NCBI GenBank assembly: GCA_965203295.1
Contig: CBDBCZ010000010.1
Span: 96,001-160,000 of the forward strand
DNA length: 64,000 bases
DNA from: Nitrospirales bacterium
GTDB lineage: Bacteria; Nitrospirota; Nitrospiria; Nitrospirales; UBA8639
Reading direction: 5' to 3'
The notes below the pieces were generated by a model. It made no database searches. It was not told the origin of the DNA and saw only the letters and a list, made by a program, of their open reading frames with translations. Positions 37,937 through 49,735 of this stretch are shown piece by piece; position 1 is the stretch's first letter; each line of letters starts with the position of its first letter. The translations under genes and the position numbers were made by a program.

Positions 37937-40900
37937 TGTAGCATTCGTGAGAACTCAACATAGCAATAGAAACAAAGGCTACACAGACAAAGAACCCATG
38001 CACGTGATACATGCATACGTAATGTCATAACACAATGTGCAATGGCTACTACTACATCTCCCTTTTCGGTTGAGTTCTGTTCTCAGTTCGAATAAGTTCA
38101 AATCACATCCAACTAGGACACAACCTGTCGGGAGGCTTGGAAACTCGGCCACTTATAGTGGTGGCTACTCCGTTAGTAGCAGTGTTGGTTGCAGTCACAG
38201 CAGGCTCAGTGGGAAGTGACTCTTCAGGTTCTGCCTCGTGTAGTATCGACAAATTAGCATCGGATTCTGGTAACCGTACCAGGTGACGTCTGTTCCTTCG
38301 TAAAGTCCCACTTGGAATCGAAACATTGTACAATCTGGGAGCTGCTTGTTGCACAACCGTGCCATCAGTCGCATTGTCTGTCACCTACACAGACAAAGAA
38401 CCCATGCACGTGATACATGCATACGTAATGTCATAACACAATGCGCAATGGCTACTACTACATCTCCCTTTTCGGTTGAGGTCTGTTCTCAGTTCGGATA
38501 AGTTCAAATCACATCCAACTAGGACTCAACCTGTCTGGAGGCTTGGAACCTCGGCCACTTGTAGTGGTGGCTACTCCGTTAGTAGCAGTGTTGGTTGCAG
38601 TCACAGCAAGCTCAGTGGGAAGTGACTCTTCAGGTTCTGCCTCGTGCAGTATCGACAAATTAGCATCGGATTCTGGTAACCGTACCAGGTGACGTCTGTT
38701 CCTTCGTAAAGTCCCACTTGGAGTCGAAACATTGTACAACGTGGGAGCTGCTTGTTGCACAACCGTGCCATAAGTCTTATTGTCTGTCACCTACACATGC
38801 TCTCCAAGTAGTAATGGCTTCAAATTTCAGGCTCTATGATGTGAATCGAAGCTCTTTTTCTGCTCTGCCCTCTGCTCCTTTCTCTTTCCTTTTCAGAGCA
38901 GCATAGTCTGGCACTACTGAGTGTAGTTGGCTAAAGGTCATTGGCACTGGTATGAAGTCTTCGGTTCATCTAACTTTCCGCTGGGCTGTATCCATTCTTG
39001 AGTGGAGTGGAGCGGTAGGCCAACATAGCCAAGTAGGGATCAGCAGACATCTCGAGAAAACGTTTGGTTGTCTTCACAGCACTTTAGGCCTCGCCGTTGC
39101 ATTGGGGGTACTTTGGGCTGCTTGTGGTATGCATAAAACCCATACTCCTCTGCAAACTTATGGAATAGGGACGATGGGAACTGGGGGCCACTGTCACTGT
39201 TGAAAAATACTTCTTCGGGAATTCCATGCCAGCCGAAAATGGACTTCATGTGGCGAATGATCTCACTTGAGGTTTCTGCCGAGAGCATTGCAACTGATAT
39301 GTACCTGGAAAAGTAGTCAATGACTGAGAAGTAGGTATGTCCTTTCCAATCGAACAAGTTTGCGGCTACCTTCTGCCAGGGTATGTCCGGAAATGTGGAA
39401 AGCATTAGAGGTTCAGCATACTGGAGCCGATGTTTACAGCACTCATGGCAGTTGCCCACAAATTTTTCCAGGTGTTTGTTGAGGCCTGGCCACCACACTG
39501 ATTGTCGGGCTCTCTCTCTACACTTGGTGATTCCCTGATGACCAGTGTGAAGTTTGTCCAGCATCTCGAGGTGCAATGATGATGGAATTACAATCCTGCT
39601 GCCTTTAAGTAGATCGTTTTGCACCGTCAGCTCTGCTGCCATGTGTGCATATGGCTTGACAGCACCCTTCATCAGACTTCTGGCCATCCCTCCTTACAAT
39701 ACCTTGTGATTGTATGGCAGACTCCATCGCCTTTCTGAGCTTTCTTGATTCCCTTCAGACACTTTGGAGTGGCAGGCAAATTCTGCATCACCAGGTCCAC
39801 AAACGCATCAACATCCTGCCTAAATGTGTCATCTTCTTGGGTGGACAAAGTGGCTGGCGCTTGTGACAGCGTGTCGGCTGTTGTAGGGCTCTTTCCGGGT
39901 ATGTGAGTGATGTATCGAAATCTCATCAGCCTCATTCAGAAGCGCTGGACTCAAATTGGGAGTTCGTCCAAATTCTTCGAGCCAAGCAATGGGATTAGGG
40001 GCTTGTGATCTGTCTCAATCTAAAATCGCATCCCCCGGAGATAATTGCTGAACCTTTCACAGACTCAAGTCACCGCCAGTGCCTCTTTTTCAGTCTGGGC
40101 GTATCTTTGTTCAGTGTTGGTAAGGGCACATGAAGTGTAAGCCACAGGTCTCCAAATGTCGTCTTGCTGCTTTTGTGCAAGGAATGCCTCCAGGCTATAC
40201 AAGGATGCATTAGCCAAAACAATTGTTTCTCGTGTTGGGTCGTAGTCAGCTAATATGGGGCTGGAGCTGAGCTCCTGCTTGAAATCTTGGAAAGCTTGCT
40301 GCTGGTGATCTTTTTACTCAGAAGGTCCTGGTGCGGCTTCGCATTTTCGGCAAGGTTTGGCGAGAACTTGCTGAGCTTATTGGCCATGCCCAGAAATTGC
40401 TGAATATCTGTGATGCTTGTTGGCTGTTTCATTTCCAGGACCACCTTTGCCTTCTCTCTGTTGGGAATAATGCCAGATCCGTCCACAATCTGCCCCAGGA
40501 ATCTCACACTGCTCTCGGATAACTGGCACTTGGCCTGGTTCAGTGTAACCCCAGCTTACTTGATTCTCTGTGAGGCACCTGTAATTCGCTGGTCATGCTC
40601 CTTGAGGGGAGTATGAGGCGTTCCCTGCAGACACTCTTGTTCATCCTCGTGAGGTCAACGCAGATGCGGACCTTTCCGTATGCCTTGGGTATAACCGCCA
40701 TCCAGTGGGTTAGTCGACTCTTGTGATCACACCCAGCTGTTCCATCCTCTCTAGCTCTTCCTACACCTTTGGCAGCAACGGAACGGCAACTCTTTTCGGA
40801 GTTGTGAGAGGCGAGCTGTTTGGCTGCTCCTTTCAGCATGATGTGGTGCTCTCCCTGGAGGTCTTGGTATCGTGCCACAATCTTCTTCTCTGTGTCTTCT

Positions 40901-42037
40901 ACAGCATTCGCCCTTGCGACCAAACCCAATGCTATAATGGCTGGGTGCCCCAGCAAAGCCATCTGTAGACCTTGTACAATGCAGATCTCTTCCTTCACCT
41001 CATTGGCTCGGTGCTTGAGTGTGGCTGTGAATTGCCCATGGACATATAGAGGGCGTTTGCTTGGACCTCTAAGGGACCGGAATGCTGGTTTTAATGTGAT
41101 CCCCTTAAGCTTGCTAAAGGCTGACTCTGGCATCACACCAATGTCTGTACTGGTGTCGATTTTGAATTGCACTAGGGCGCCACTCACAGCGAGAGTCGCC
41201 CTCCACAAGTTGTTTCCAGCTGTCCCGACATGGACTGGGCCAAGAAATGTATCGTCCTCCATCTGTACCGGTCCCACTGTCTTCGTGGACCTGCACACAG
41301 ACTGAAAATGCCATTTGTGGCAGGTTGCCTCGCGAGCTGGACACTGCTGACGTCCATGGGGTGGCGATTTCTCACAACAACTGCATCTCTTACAATTCTG
41401 TGGGGGTGCTGGCTTCTGGCCCTGGGGGTGAATCTTTGCGCTGTTTTGACCTCAAGCTCCCTTTGTATGCCTGTTGGTTGCGAATGGCATCGATGTTGGG
41501 GTGGTCTACTCCATCTTTGCCTCTCACTACTGCTTGTTGCTTCTTCACGGGTTCCTGTTGGCGGGCTGCAGATATCGCCTTGTCAAGGGTGAGGTCCGCC
41601 TCCATCTGAAGCTTCTTGAACAGGGCGGAGTCGCGCAGATCGACGACGATTCAATCGCGGATCAGTTCATCATGGAGGTTCCCAAACCCAGTGTTCTGCC
41701 AAGCAGTACATCGCTGTGTTAAATGTGTTGACGGATTCGCCATCTATAGGCTTGTCAGGAACCACTCGTCAGATCCACTTGGGCCACTTTTCCGGTTTGC
41801 CGAAGTTGAACCCCTCGGGCGGGGCTATTTGATATGACGCCATCGTCTTGTCGTGGTGGCTGTCGATCGTTTTTTCATTACGGAGGTTCTTCGCTCGTTT
41901 CTATCTTGGTTCACTTATGCTCAATCCCGCATAGCTGCGACCATGTAGCATGCGTGAGAACTCAACACAGCAATAGAACAAACGGTTACAGACAAAGAAC
42001 CCATGCACATGATACATGCATACATAATGTCATAACA
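37937..42037 (-). mobile_element. Gypsy LTR retrotransposon, degraded, with ~120-bp LTRs
   Basis: 3' LTR 37937-38056 (TG..CA) with PPT AAAAGGGAGA. 5' LTR 41944-42037 is truncated and is followed by TGG (PBS start). Domain order gag (LTLDKAISAARQQE), protease (FKIDTS), RT (KVRICVDLT, large deletion), RNase H (YAQTEKEALA), integrase (HTGHQGITKCRERARQSVWWPG). Confidence 0.93.
37979..38795. repeat. 406-bp tandem duplication of the Gypsy 3' end
   Basis: 37979-38384 is repeated at 38385-38790; CTACACA microhomology at the junction. Confidence 0.9.
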
Positions 42038-42120
42038 ATGATGCAGTGCTTGCTGAAGTAGGCATCAATTTTATAGTAGTTATTACCGTGGCCGAGACGG
42101 CCACTCATCCCACGCTACAT

Positions 42121-42293
42121 GTCCCACGCGACTTCGCTCTCGTCCCACGCGACTTGCTTTCGTCCCACGCGACTTGCTTTCGTCCCACGCGACTCGCTCT
42201 CGCCCCACGCGACTTGGTCTCGTTCCATTCGACTTGCTCTTTTTCCATGCGGCTTGCTCTTTTTCCATGCGACTTGCTATAGTCCCACGCGAC
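42121..42293 (+). repeat. Left subterminal 20-21-bp repeats of the IS3EU-type element
   Basis: (tcccacgcgacttgctct/ttt) repeated about 8 times. Confidence 0.9.
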
Positions 42294-42372
42294 ATAAAGC
42301 TGGTCGTTGGGGCGTGACTGTACAGATAATCTGCGGTAATAGGCGGAGTTTCAATTACGCACACGAGAGAAG

Positions 42373-44768
42373 ATGGCTCAAGCGGGTGTTGTACAGCAGC
42401 TCACGCCCGCCAGTGTCGATGGTAAGAAAAGTAACCTCGTTCCCAGGCCCTCCAAGCCATAAAATAAAAGCTATAGGCTGAGGCCTGCGAACGAAGCTTA
42501 CAATAGTAGCTAATCTTTGGCATGCTGAAGTAAGTTCAACACGGTTTATCCACCATCTAGCAGAAACTCTTCCTTTATGCAGAACTATTATTGAAATACT
42601 TTTATTCATGGCGGCCTTACAAGCTGATTCTTGCGAGGCTTGATGAGGTCCATGGGATAAAAAGAGGGTATGTGAGTATTTTTACTTGACCTCGCCTTAA
42701 AGCACAATGTCATATATATATATTCTATATTAAAATACATATTAATGTTAAGCGCTAAAGAAACACACATGTACATGTATACAAACTTTACAATTTTCAT
42801 TAATAAGTTAACGCTTACAGGTTGAGCTGGTTGAAGGAACAATTCAAACGACTGAAGGTTTCCCGGAGGAAGATGTATGCCCCAGATGCCATTGTAAAGA
42901 ATTGCATTCGGGTGAGCATGCAATGAATATCAGTTTCATAGAGTTAGGTGTATTATATTGTCATGTAGTTAGCCAAGAATTATCTTTTTAGAGAGAATTA
43001 CGAACATCAAATTGCCAAGTTGGGTATAGATACATGTGGAAGATATTGAGAGACAAGTACCTGGTTATAGCATGGCGGTAAGTGCTGGAATGCTCACACG
43101 TGAATGTCTTCATGCTTACAGTATATAAATATATGCAGTGATCGAGTCGTGGAGATATTGCGTGAACTGGACCCTAGTGGAGTTCAAAGAAGAAGTCACA
43201 GGCTCTGTCGTCGTATTTACTTGAGCCATGTGAGTCCATGCCTGTTTGCCTGCATTATTATGTTGGTTAATCTCGTTCACAATTACCTATACCTGCCACA
43301 TTTGCTTCTGCATTAGGGCCCCAATTACTGTTGGCATGTTGATCAGTATGACAAGCTGTCAGCATTTGGATTTTGCATTCATGGTTGCATTGATGGGTAA
43401 GTACATGTATTATATTGTAATTATTATACATGTATGCCGTAATGGATTGGCTGAGTAAAGTAGCAACTACAGACGAAGTCGAAGCTCTGAAGACAAGAAT
43501 CACCATAACATACTGCATGCACGCACTACGTATAAACAAAAAGAACATATTACCTATTAACACATCATGCATGACAAGATAACTAAAGGGATTATCAGTA
43601 TTATGCGTGCTCTTGCAATGGTTGGGTTTAATGTATCCATGTATGGGTTTTCAAGGAAAATGATGTGGTTGCGTGTAGCAACCACTAACAGTGACCCAAG
43701 AGTGATACTTCTCTACTATCTGGAGTGTGTTGAACATGTACGAGGTACGTAGAGACATGTATCTTTTAGTTGTCATATATGTAAGGTATGTAATGTTAAC
43801 GTTGCAGGCTATGAGCTGTTTAATTTTTGTATAGGATGTCCTGCTATTGTGAGGTTTGACCCAGGAACTGAGAATGGCCTGCTGGCTGCTGCTCAGATTG
43901 CCTTTCGATCGTGTGGTTCTGATACTCTAGCAGGCAATAAAAGTATACGATATGGACCTTCCCCTGCAAATGTGGTTAGTGCTACTAGTATTAAAGCATG
44001 TTGTGTATCCAAACAGTGTACTGTCCATTATATAGAGAATAGAGGGGTGGTGGTCTCAGCTTCGGAGAAGTAAGAGTGGATGGTGGATCCATTTATTCAA
44101 GGTTCCTTAGTATATTCATCTGACATATAAATTGTTGTCATGATATGAAGAATTTGCTCATAGGAACTGCTCCAGAATGGCGAGTATGACCCTACTGATG
44201 AAAAACACAAGTAATTTATTTACCATTAGTATCAATAGTACGTGTCTATATGTACATTTTTTTAATGCAGAAAGTGCCTGGCAATTGTATTCACACCACT
44301 CTTAGAGCAAGAACTATGCCATTTTATGGCACACTGGAATAGTCATGGAATCAGGGAAAATAGGCTTGCCAACTGTCCAGGTGGAATCCCTGAAGACCTC
44401 TACGATATGCCTGTTCACTATGGTAAGCTGTCAACAGTCCTTATTGTAGAATTTTGAGCAAATTGCTAGAGGTGCAGTTCCAGCCTCATGGCAGTGTATT
44501 GACATTTTAGTCGTACTTGCTACTGTATACGTATATTCGTACACTTTTCTCATCAGGTGCTGAAAATTCCCTAAAACCTGTCGATTCCCAGTTATGGATG
44601 AGATTCATGGTCAATGATACCTCTGAAGCTACCCCAGCATACGACCAAGCCTTCAACTTGCTCTGTCATCAGTTGGTTCTAAGAGGATATGGCCTAGATC
44701 TACATCGTGATGTTACTGTTTCAAATTGTAAAGCGATATATCAATATCTAGTTACAAATGTACCGTAG
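42373..44768 (+). CDS. DDE integrase-like transposase (copy 2), 12 exons, near-intact
   Basis: Manual splice: MAQAG..|ELLLKYFYSWRPYKLIL|LSWLKEQFKRL|RELRTSNCQVGYRYMW|..ELDPSGV..RRIYLSH|GPNYCWHVDQYDKL..IHGCIDG|FSRKMMWL|CPAIVRFDPGTEN..SPANV|RIEGWWSQLR|..|WNSHGIR..PGGIPEDLY|..YQYLVTNVP*. The D-D-E triad is intact; one acceptor near 43645 appears to read GG instead of AG. Confidence 0.85.
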
Positions 44769-44904
44769 ACGAGATACTATAGTATTATTAGAAATTAAAA
44801 CGAACGGAATTGTGTATTGTTATATTATTGCATTGATACTGAATGTGTACAGTCCAAGTGTACTATTATCGAATCACTTGTTGATGGTCTTGAGTAAGAA
44901 TTAG

Positions 44905-47900
44905 TTATGTTTCCCTACTGCTCTGTGATTGGAAAGTCTCCCATTTCGTCACAATCTATATATGAAGGAAAAACGGCAGTTATAAGATGTAGATGTAGTA
45001 CATGTTCAGCCTCATATCCATTCAGGCTTACTTTGGATATGAATGCTTGAGGATATACCACAACATCATAATGTATATACCTCATAGATTGATGAACGTT
45101 TCTTGTAGCTCCTTTTTATGCAGCACATTGCCACTTCTTGAAACTGCTGTGCTGTGACCTGGGTGCACGGGCCGGCTTTCTTATCATACAGCGACTCAAA
45201 ATCGCTAGTCTCTTCACAGTGATCGGCCTATAAAGCATAGATAATAAATAATGGTACTGAATGGCAAGCGTGCATGCTCTCCATGCAGTTTATTATGCAG
45301 GCTTTAGAACAGTCTAGTGAGAAGTGTCTTATTGTGTGTGCTGACTCACATGACCACCCTGTATATGCCACCTGGCCTATAAGGGCTGTGGTTACTTATT
45401 GGTCTGATTCTCAGAGAAGTGAAGCCTATTCAAAACTTGCTGTGGTTTCTGATTGTTTTGAGGTCATATAGTAGCATGAAGCTGTGGTTATGATGTGTTG
45501 AGTTTGTTTTCATTGACAGCTGTATAGCTATATGTTTATGTTCTCTAGTCTAGGTTTGTGTAGTCACCTAGTCATGCTAGCTACTCATGTGATATCCTGT
45601 CACTTGATCCTACCTGACTCTACAATGTATTTTCACCTAAGTAATTTCTTTTAGGCCATTACTTTATATTCACCATGCAATCAAACTTATTCCTGAATAG
45701 TATGTTTACAACACATTGTTTCATTCTCTTGCTTGAGTTTTTGGGCTATGTATTAGATCATTTTGTTTGTGTTAAACACAATTGCGCTTTGCATTATACG
45801 AGGATCCAAATTACTTTGATCTGTGATGAAGTCTACGACAGCATGCATGCTATCAAAGAACTTTGCAGTTGTAGTATATACATACCAGGCAATTGTCATC
45901 TCTCTCTTCGGAAAATGGCAACAATCCAGTGTAAGTCTCCAGTACTACCTGATGTGGACATTCAAATTAATACACTTAAATATGACTATCATAATCCTCA
46001 AGTTCAGTAGTTACTAGCTAAAATAACATGCACCCTTAACTTACCACACCATATGCGTAGACGTCGCTGAATGTGCTGAATTTCTGGAACTGATATTCTG
46101 GGGCCATGTATCCCGGAGTGCCCGGTAGACCATGACCAGGTGCAGCAGTTATCAGCGTTTTTCCTCCAACCACTTGGGATAGCTCGATTGAAAAACCGAA
46201 GTCTGCAATTTTTGCTACCCAATGCTCATCAAGGAGGATGTTTGAGCTATGTATAAAAATAATCCATATGCGATGTCAATACACTTTCAGGTGCAGTTAA
46301 CTTGGGAATGCAGTTAACTTGAAACATTAATTAGTATACTATTTTCATTTTCTGACTTACGAATTCACATCATGATGAATGACAGGTGGCATGGCAGCAT
46401 GCAGGTACGCTATACCACTAGCCGCATCACACAGAATTGATACACGCTGTTTCCATGTGAGAGCTTTCTCGACCTAATGTTGGGAGAAGAAACAATAATT
46501 CATTTTGCATGACGTCATCTATTAATGATCGGGGTCCATGTACCTTCCAGCGATGCAGTCGGTGGTGAAGGGACAAGTTTTTCATGAACGGCAGTATTAG
46601 GGCTGGTGGGTCCTGACAGTACCCCGTTAAAGATATTATATTAGGATGACGGAACCTGTACAAATGTTGTAATGTAATACCACTACATGCATGCACGTTC
46701 TAATGATTGTAATGGGAAACAAACCGTGTCAGTGCTGCAACTTCAGTCTGCAGTTGCGTAGCTGTTTTCACCCGTAGGAGCTCAATACCACGCTGCATTT
46801 GTGCATATATGGACAATGTATCTCTAACAAGCTATACAATCATGTATAATATGAGCTAAATTTCTGATTACCTCATGCAGCACCTTTATGGCTACATCAG
46901 TACGACGAAGTGTGGCTCTGTATACTTTCCCAAACCCCCCTTGTCCAATCTTCTTTGATGCATCAAAGCCACTGGTTGCATCTTCCAGCTCAGTACGAGT
47001 GTACACCATCACTCCACCTTGTTAACAGTTACATACGTGATGTGCATATAATAATACATTCCTTATTCACTTCCGCATTGATAGGCTAACACACCTGCAA
47101 CCATCACTGCAGGAGGGTCAGTACTTGGAACATCCTGTGTCTCATGATCAACAACTGCAGATTGCTGCTGGGATAGTCTGCTCTTGCTATTCAGTGCAGG
47201 TGTGGTAGCTATAGAGAGATTGATTATACAATGACCTGCACAATAGTTACCAATTGCCTAGAATGAATACCGTAAGTAATTATGTTACACAAACTAACCC
47301 TTAGTTGCACTTCTCACTGAAGAGCTCATTGACAAGGGGGATTTCTGTTCCTCGGATTCACTGGAATGTATCTCAACTTGATAGGAAGAATGAAATATAG
47401 TGATAGTATGCATATATACACACGACTTATGATATACCTTCTGGAATAACGCTGATGTAGTGAGAAGAACACTCTGCAGTCATGATGTTGTGCTTCACAC
47501 GACAATCATACACCCCTGGCTGGTTCACCCACAGCACACACGAATTGCAGCCAACTCTACGCCGGCAACCCTCCACACATATGTGTACTTCAAACAGTGG
47601 CCAGACGCAACACGAAGATAGGAAGAGCAGGTCCTCCCTCCTTCAGGATTATTTCATAATGGCTCTGGTGGACTACCTGAAATTTTGCTGTAAATAACAT
47701 TAGACTATGAACACTAATCTGTATGCATTGCATGCGCAAACATGCATGCATGCACATGCATACTTACGAGAGAGATCATCATACACGGTGAATGTGCCAT
47801 CTTCCGCGGCTGTCAGCAATGGGTTGCCATCTAAAGTAACAGAGAGTGCACTTAAGTTTATTGTTACTTGATAATATTAGTATAGGTGCTTAATGTTCCA

Positions 47901-49424
47901 ATACGCACATATTGATATAATTTCTTACTTCTTTCTATTTGCACTACTTGATATCGTATGGGCTCTGGCTGCCAGGGAATGGTTTTATCCATCATCTGTA
48001 AGGCAACAGTATCGCTGGACACTTCATTCATTTCCTTGAAAATTTCCTTCCGCAGGAGTGATTCCTGTATATCCAGTCCCTGAGCTCCAATCTCTGCAGC
48101 ATAGTGCACTGCATGTACATGAAATAAAACATTAAATTGTGATACAGCCATATACATAACTCATCAAACAGGATCAGCTTAGCATGGATACCTTCAATTT
48201 CACATTGGCTTTCTTTTTCAGCCTCGAGCTCCTTTCTGATTCCTATATAATTGTCAACAATATGCAGTGACAATGTGCTAATATGTATAAACTTTTGTAT
48301 TCACTGTACCAGTAGACTTCGGCTTGTGTCTTGTCTTGCCATGATGATCAGGAGCCCCTGTGTATAGTCGTGCATGTTGATAACATTAATAACACCACAT
48401 ACATGCATGTTTGTACCTGAGGTAGCCTTCCGCTTCCTGCCTGCGATTCTCAACTGCTTAACCAATTTCTTAGTCGCTATTGTGATCAACTATAATAATA
48501 ATTTTATGCATGTACTAAAGTTTAGCTAAGTAAGCAAACCTTGAGCTGTAGACCTTGATCTGGATGCAGCTGAAGGATCCTATGTTCAACAGTTTAAGAA
48601 TTTATTGCTAAAATCTTTACTCTCAACTAGCTATCGGTGTAATATAATCGATTCACCTTCACACAGTAGCCAATTGCTAGCTTGATGGGGTTGCCCTGGC
48701 GTCTGAATGACTTGAAGGTCTTCAGGTAGTTTTGGATGCTCCATGTTTCCTCTTCTCCGGATTCAGCCTCTATGGGTGCATTGGGAATCATGGTACCATC
48801 TACTCGGTACAGGGCTATGTGCAGTTCCTCTTCAGAGTCAGACGAGTTTGACTCCTCTGGATTCAGCTCTACAGTTGAAGCTGCTACATCACACGCCTCT
48901 TCGTAAGTGGCATCTGTCCTCAGTCGGACCTCGATATAATTCTTACTCTTAGAAATTCCCCTTCTTGTCCTGTTTAATTTGCACATACTGACCTACATAA
49001 AAAAATCATTGTACTTTGAAGTTCATGGCTATTGCAAGCATGAAACCGGTTCTAGCTTACAGTGACATGGTCACTTTTTGCAGTGAGTTTAGCCTTTTTT
49101 GCAGCTTTCCCATGATGCTGAATCGACTCAAAGCGGCTTGCTCTCTGAAGTGCCTTGGCTCGTTTTTCAATGCCAGAGTAGTGCACTATTTAATAGAAAG
49201 TTCATCAGCATAAATATACTACAGCTAATGCATCATACACTTCCACCGGCACAGAGCTAGCTACCTATCAAGATACCTGGTTGCAGAGAACGGGATGAGC
49301 AAGCGGAATCTTGTATAGGCGAGGAAAAGGCTTCCAGCTTCTTGCTGATTTCTTCTCTAAGCTCTTTCACTCCGGCATCCGGGACTCTCATTAGTTCTTG
49401 CTTCTGCGCTTTCTTGCTAGCCAT
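44905..49424 (-). pseudogene. Cargo gene: N-terminal domains, Ig-like domain and IRAK/Pelle-like kinase (copy 2); partly disabled
   Basis: ATG at 49424 (MASKKAQKQ). Kinase exons YTRTELEDATSGFDASKKIGQGGFGKVY..VAIKVLHE | ..EVAALTR | FRHPNIISLTGYCQDPPAL | LTWKQRVSILCDAASGIAYLH..PPVIHHDVNS | SNILLDEHWVAKIADFGFS..GTPGYMAPEY..SDVYAYGV | ..AMCC..KR. The Ig exon has two frameshifts and one kinase exon was not recovered. Confidence 0.88.
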
Positions 49425-49514
49425 CCTGCCACGTGGGGGTGCTCGCAATGCAGTCGGACTATAATTGACCTGCCTAATTTGCCCCACCCACAGGAAGACA
49501 TGGGCGTGTTGAAG

Positions 49515-49735
49515 TAAGTCGCGTGGGGCAAGAGCAAGTCGCATGGAAAAAGAGCAAGTCGCGTGGAAAGAGAGCAAGTCGCATGGAAAAAGAGCAAGTC
49601 GCGTGGAAAGAGAGCAGGTCGCATGGAAAAAGAGCAAGTCGAGTGGAACGAGAGCAAGTCGCGTGGGACGAGAGCGAAGTTGCGTGGGACATGTAGCAAG
49701 TCGCGTGGGACGAGAGCGAAGTTGCGTGGGACATG
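49515..49735 (-). repeat. Right subterminal 20-21-bp repeats of the IS3EU-type element
   Basis: (agagcaagtcgc[g/a]tgg) repeated about 10 times; the inverse of the left array. Confidence 0.9.

Noticed and set aside
42121..42293. CRISPR-like array (also considered for 18243-18890 and 31530-32260)
   Set aside because: The units are contiguous with no unique spacers, there are no cas genes, and the context is eukaryotic; these are subterminal or minisatellite repeats.
42373..44768. Integrase as part of the neighbouring Gypsy element or a bacterial IS3 contaminant
   Set aside because: It has 11 spliceosomal-type introns, its own termini and TSD, and the Gypsy element has a separate integrase on the other strand.
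44905..49424. Assigning the symbol IRAK4 or pelle
   Set aside because: No death domain was seen and orthology is untested; only family-level similarity is supported.
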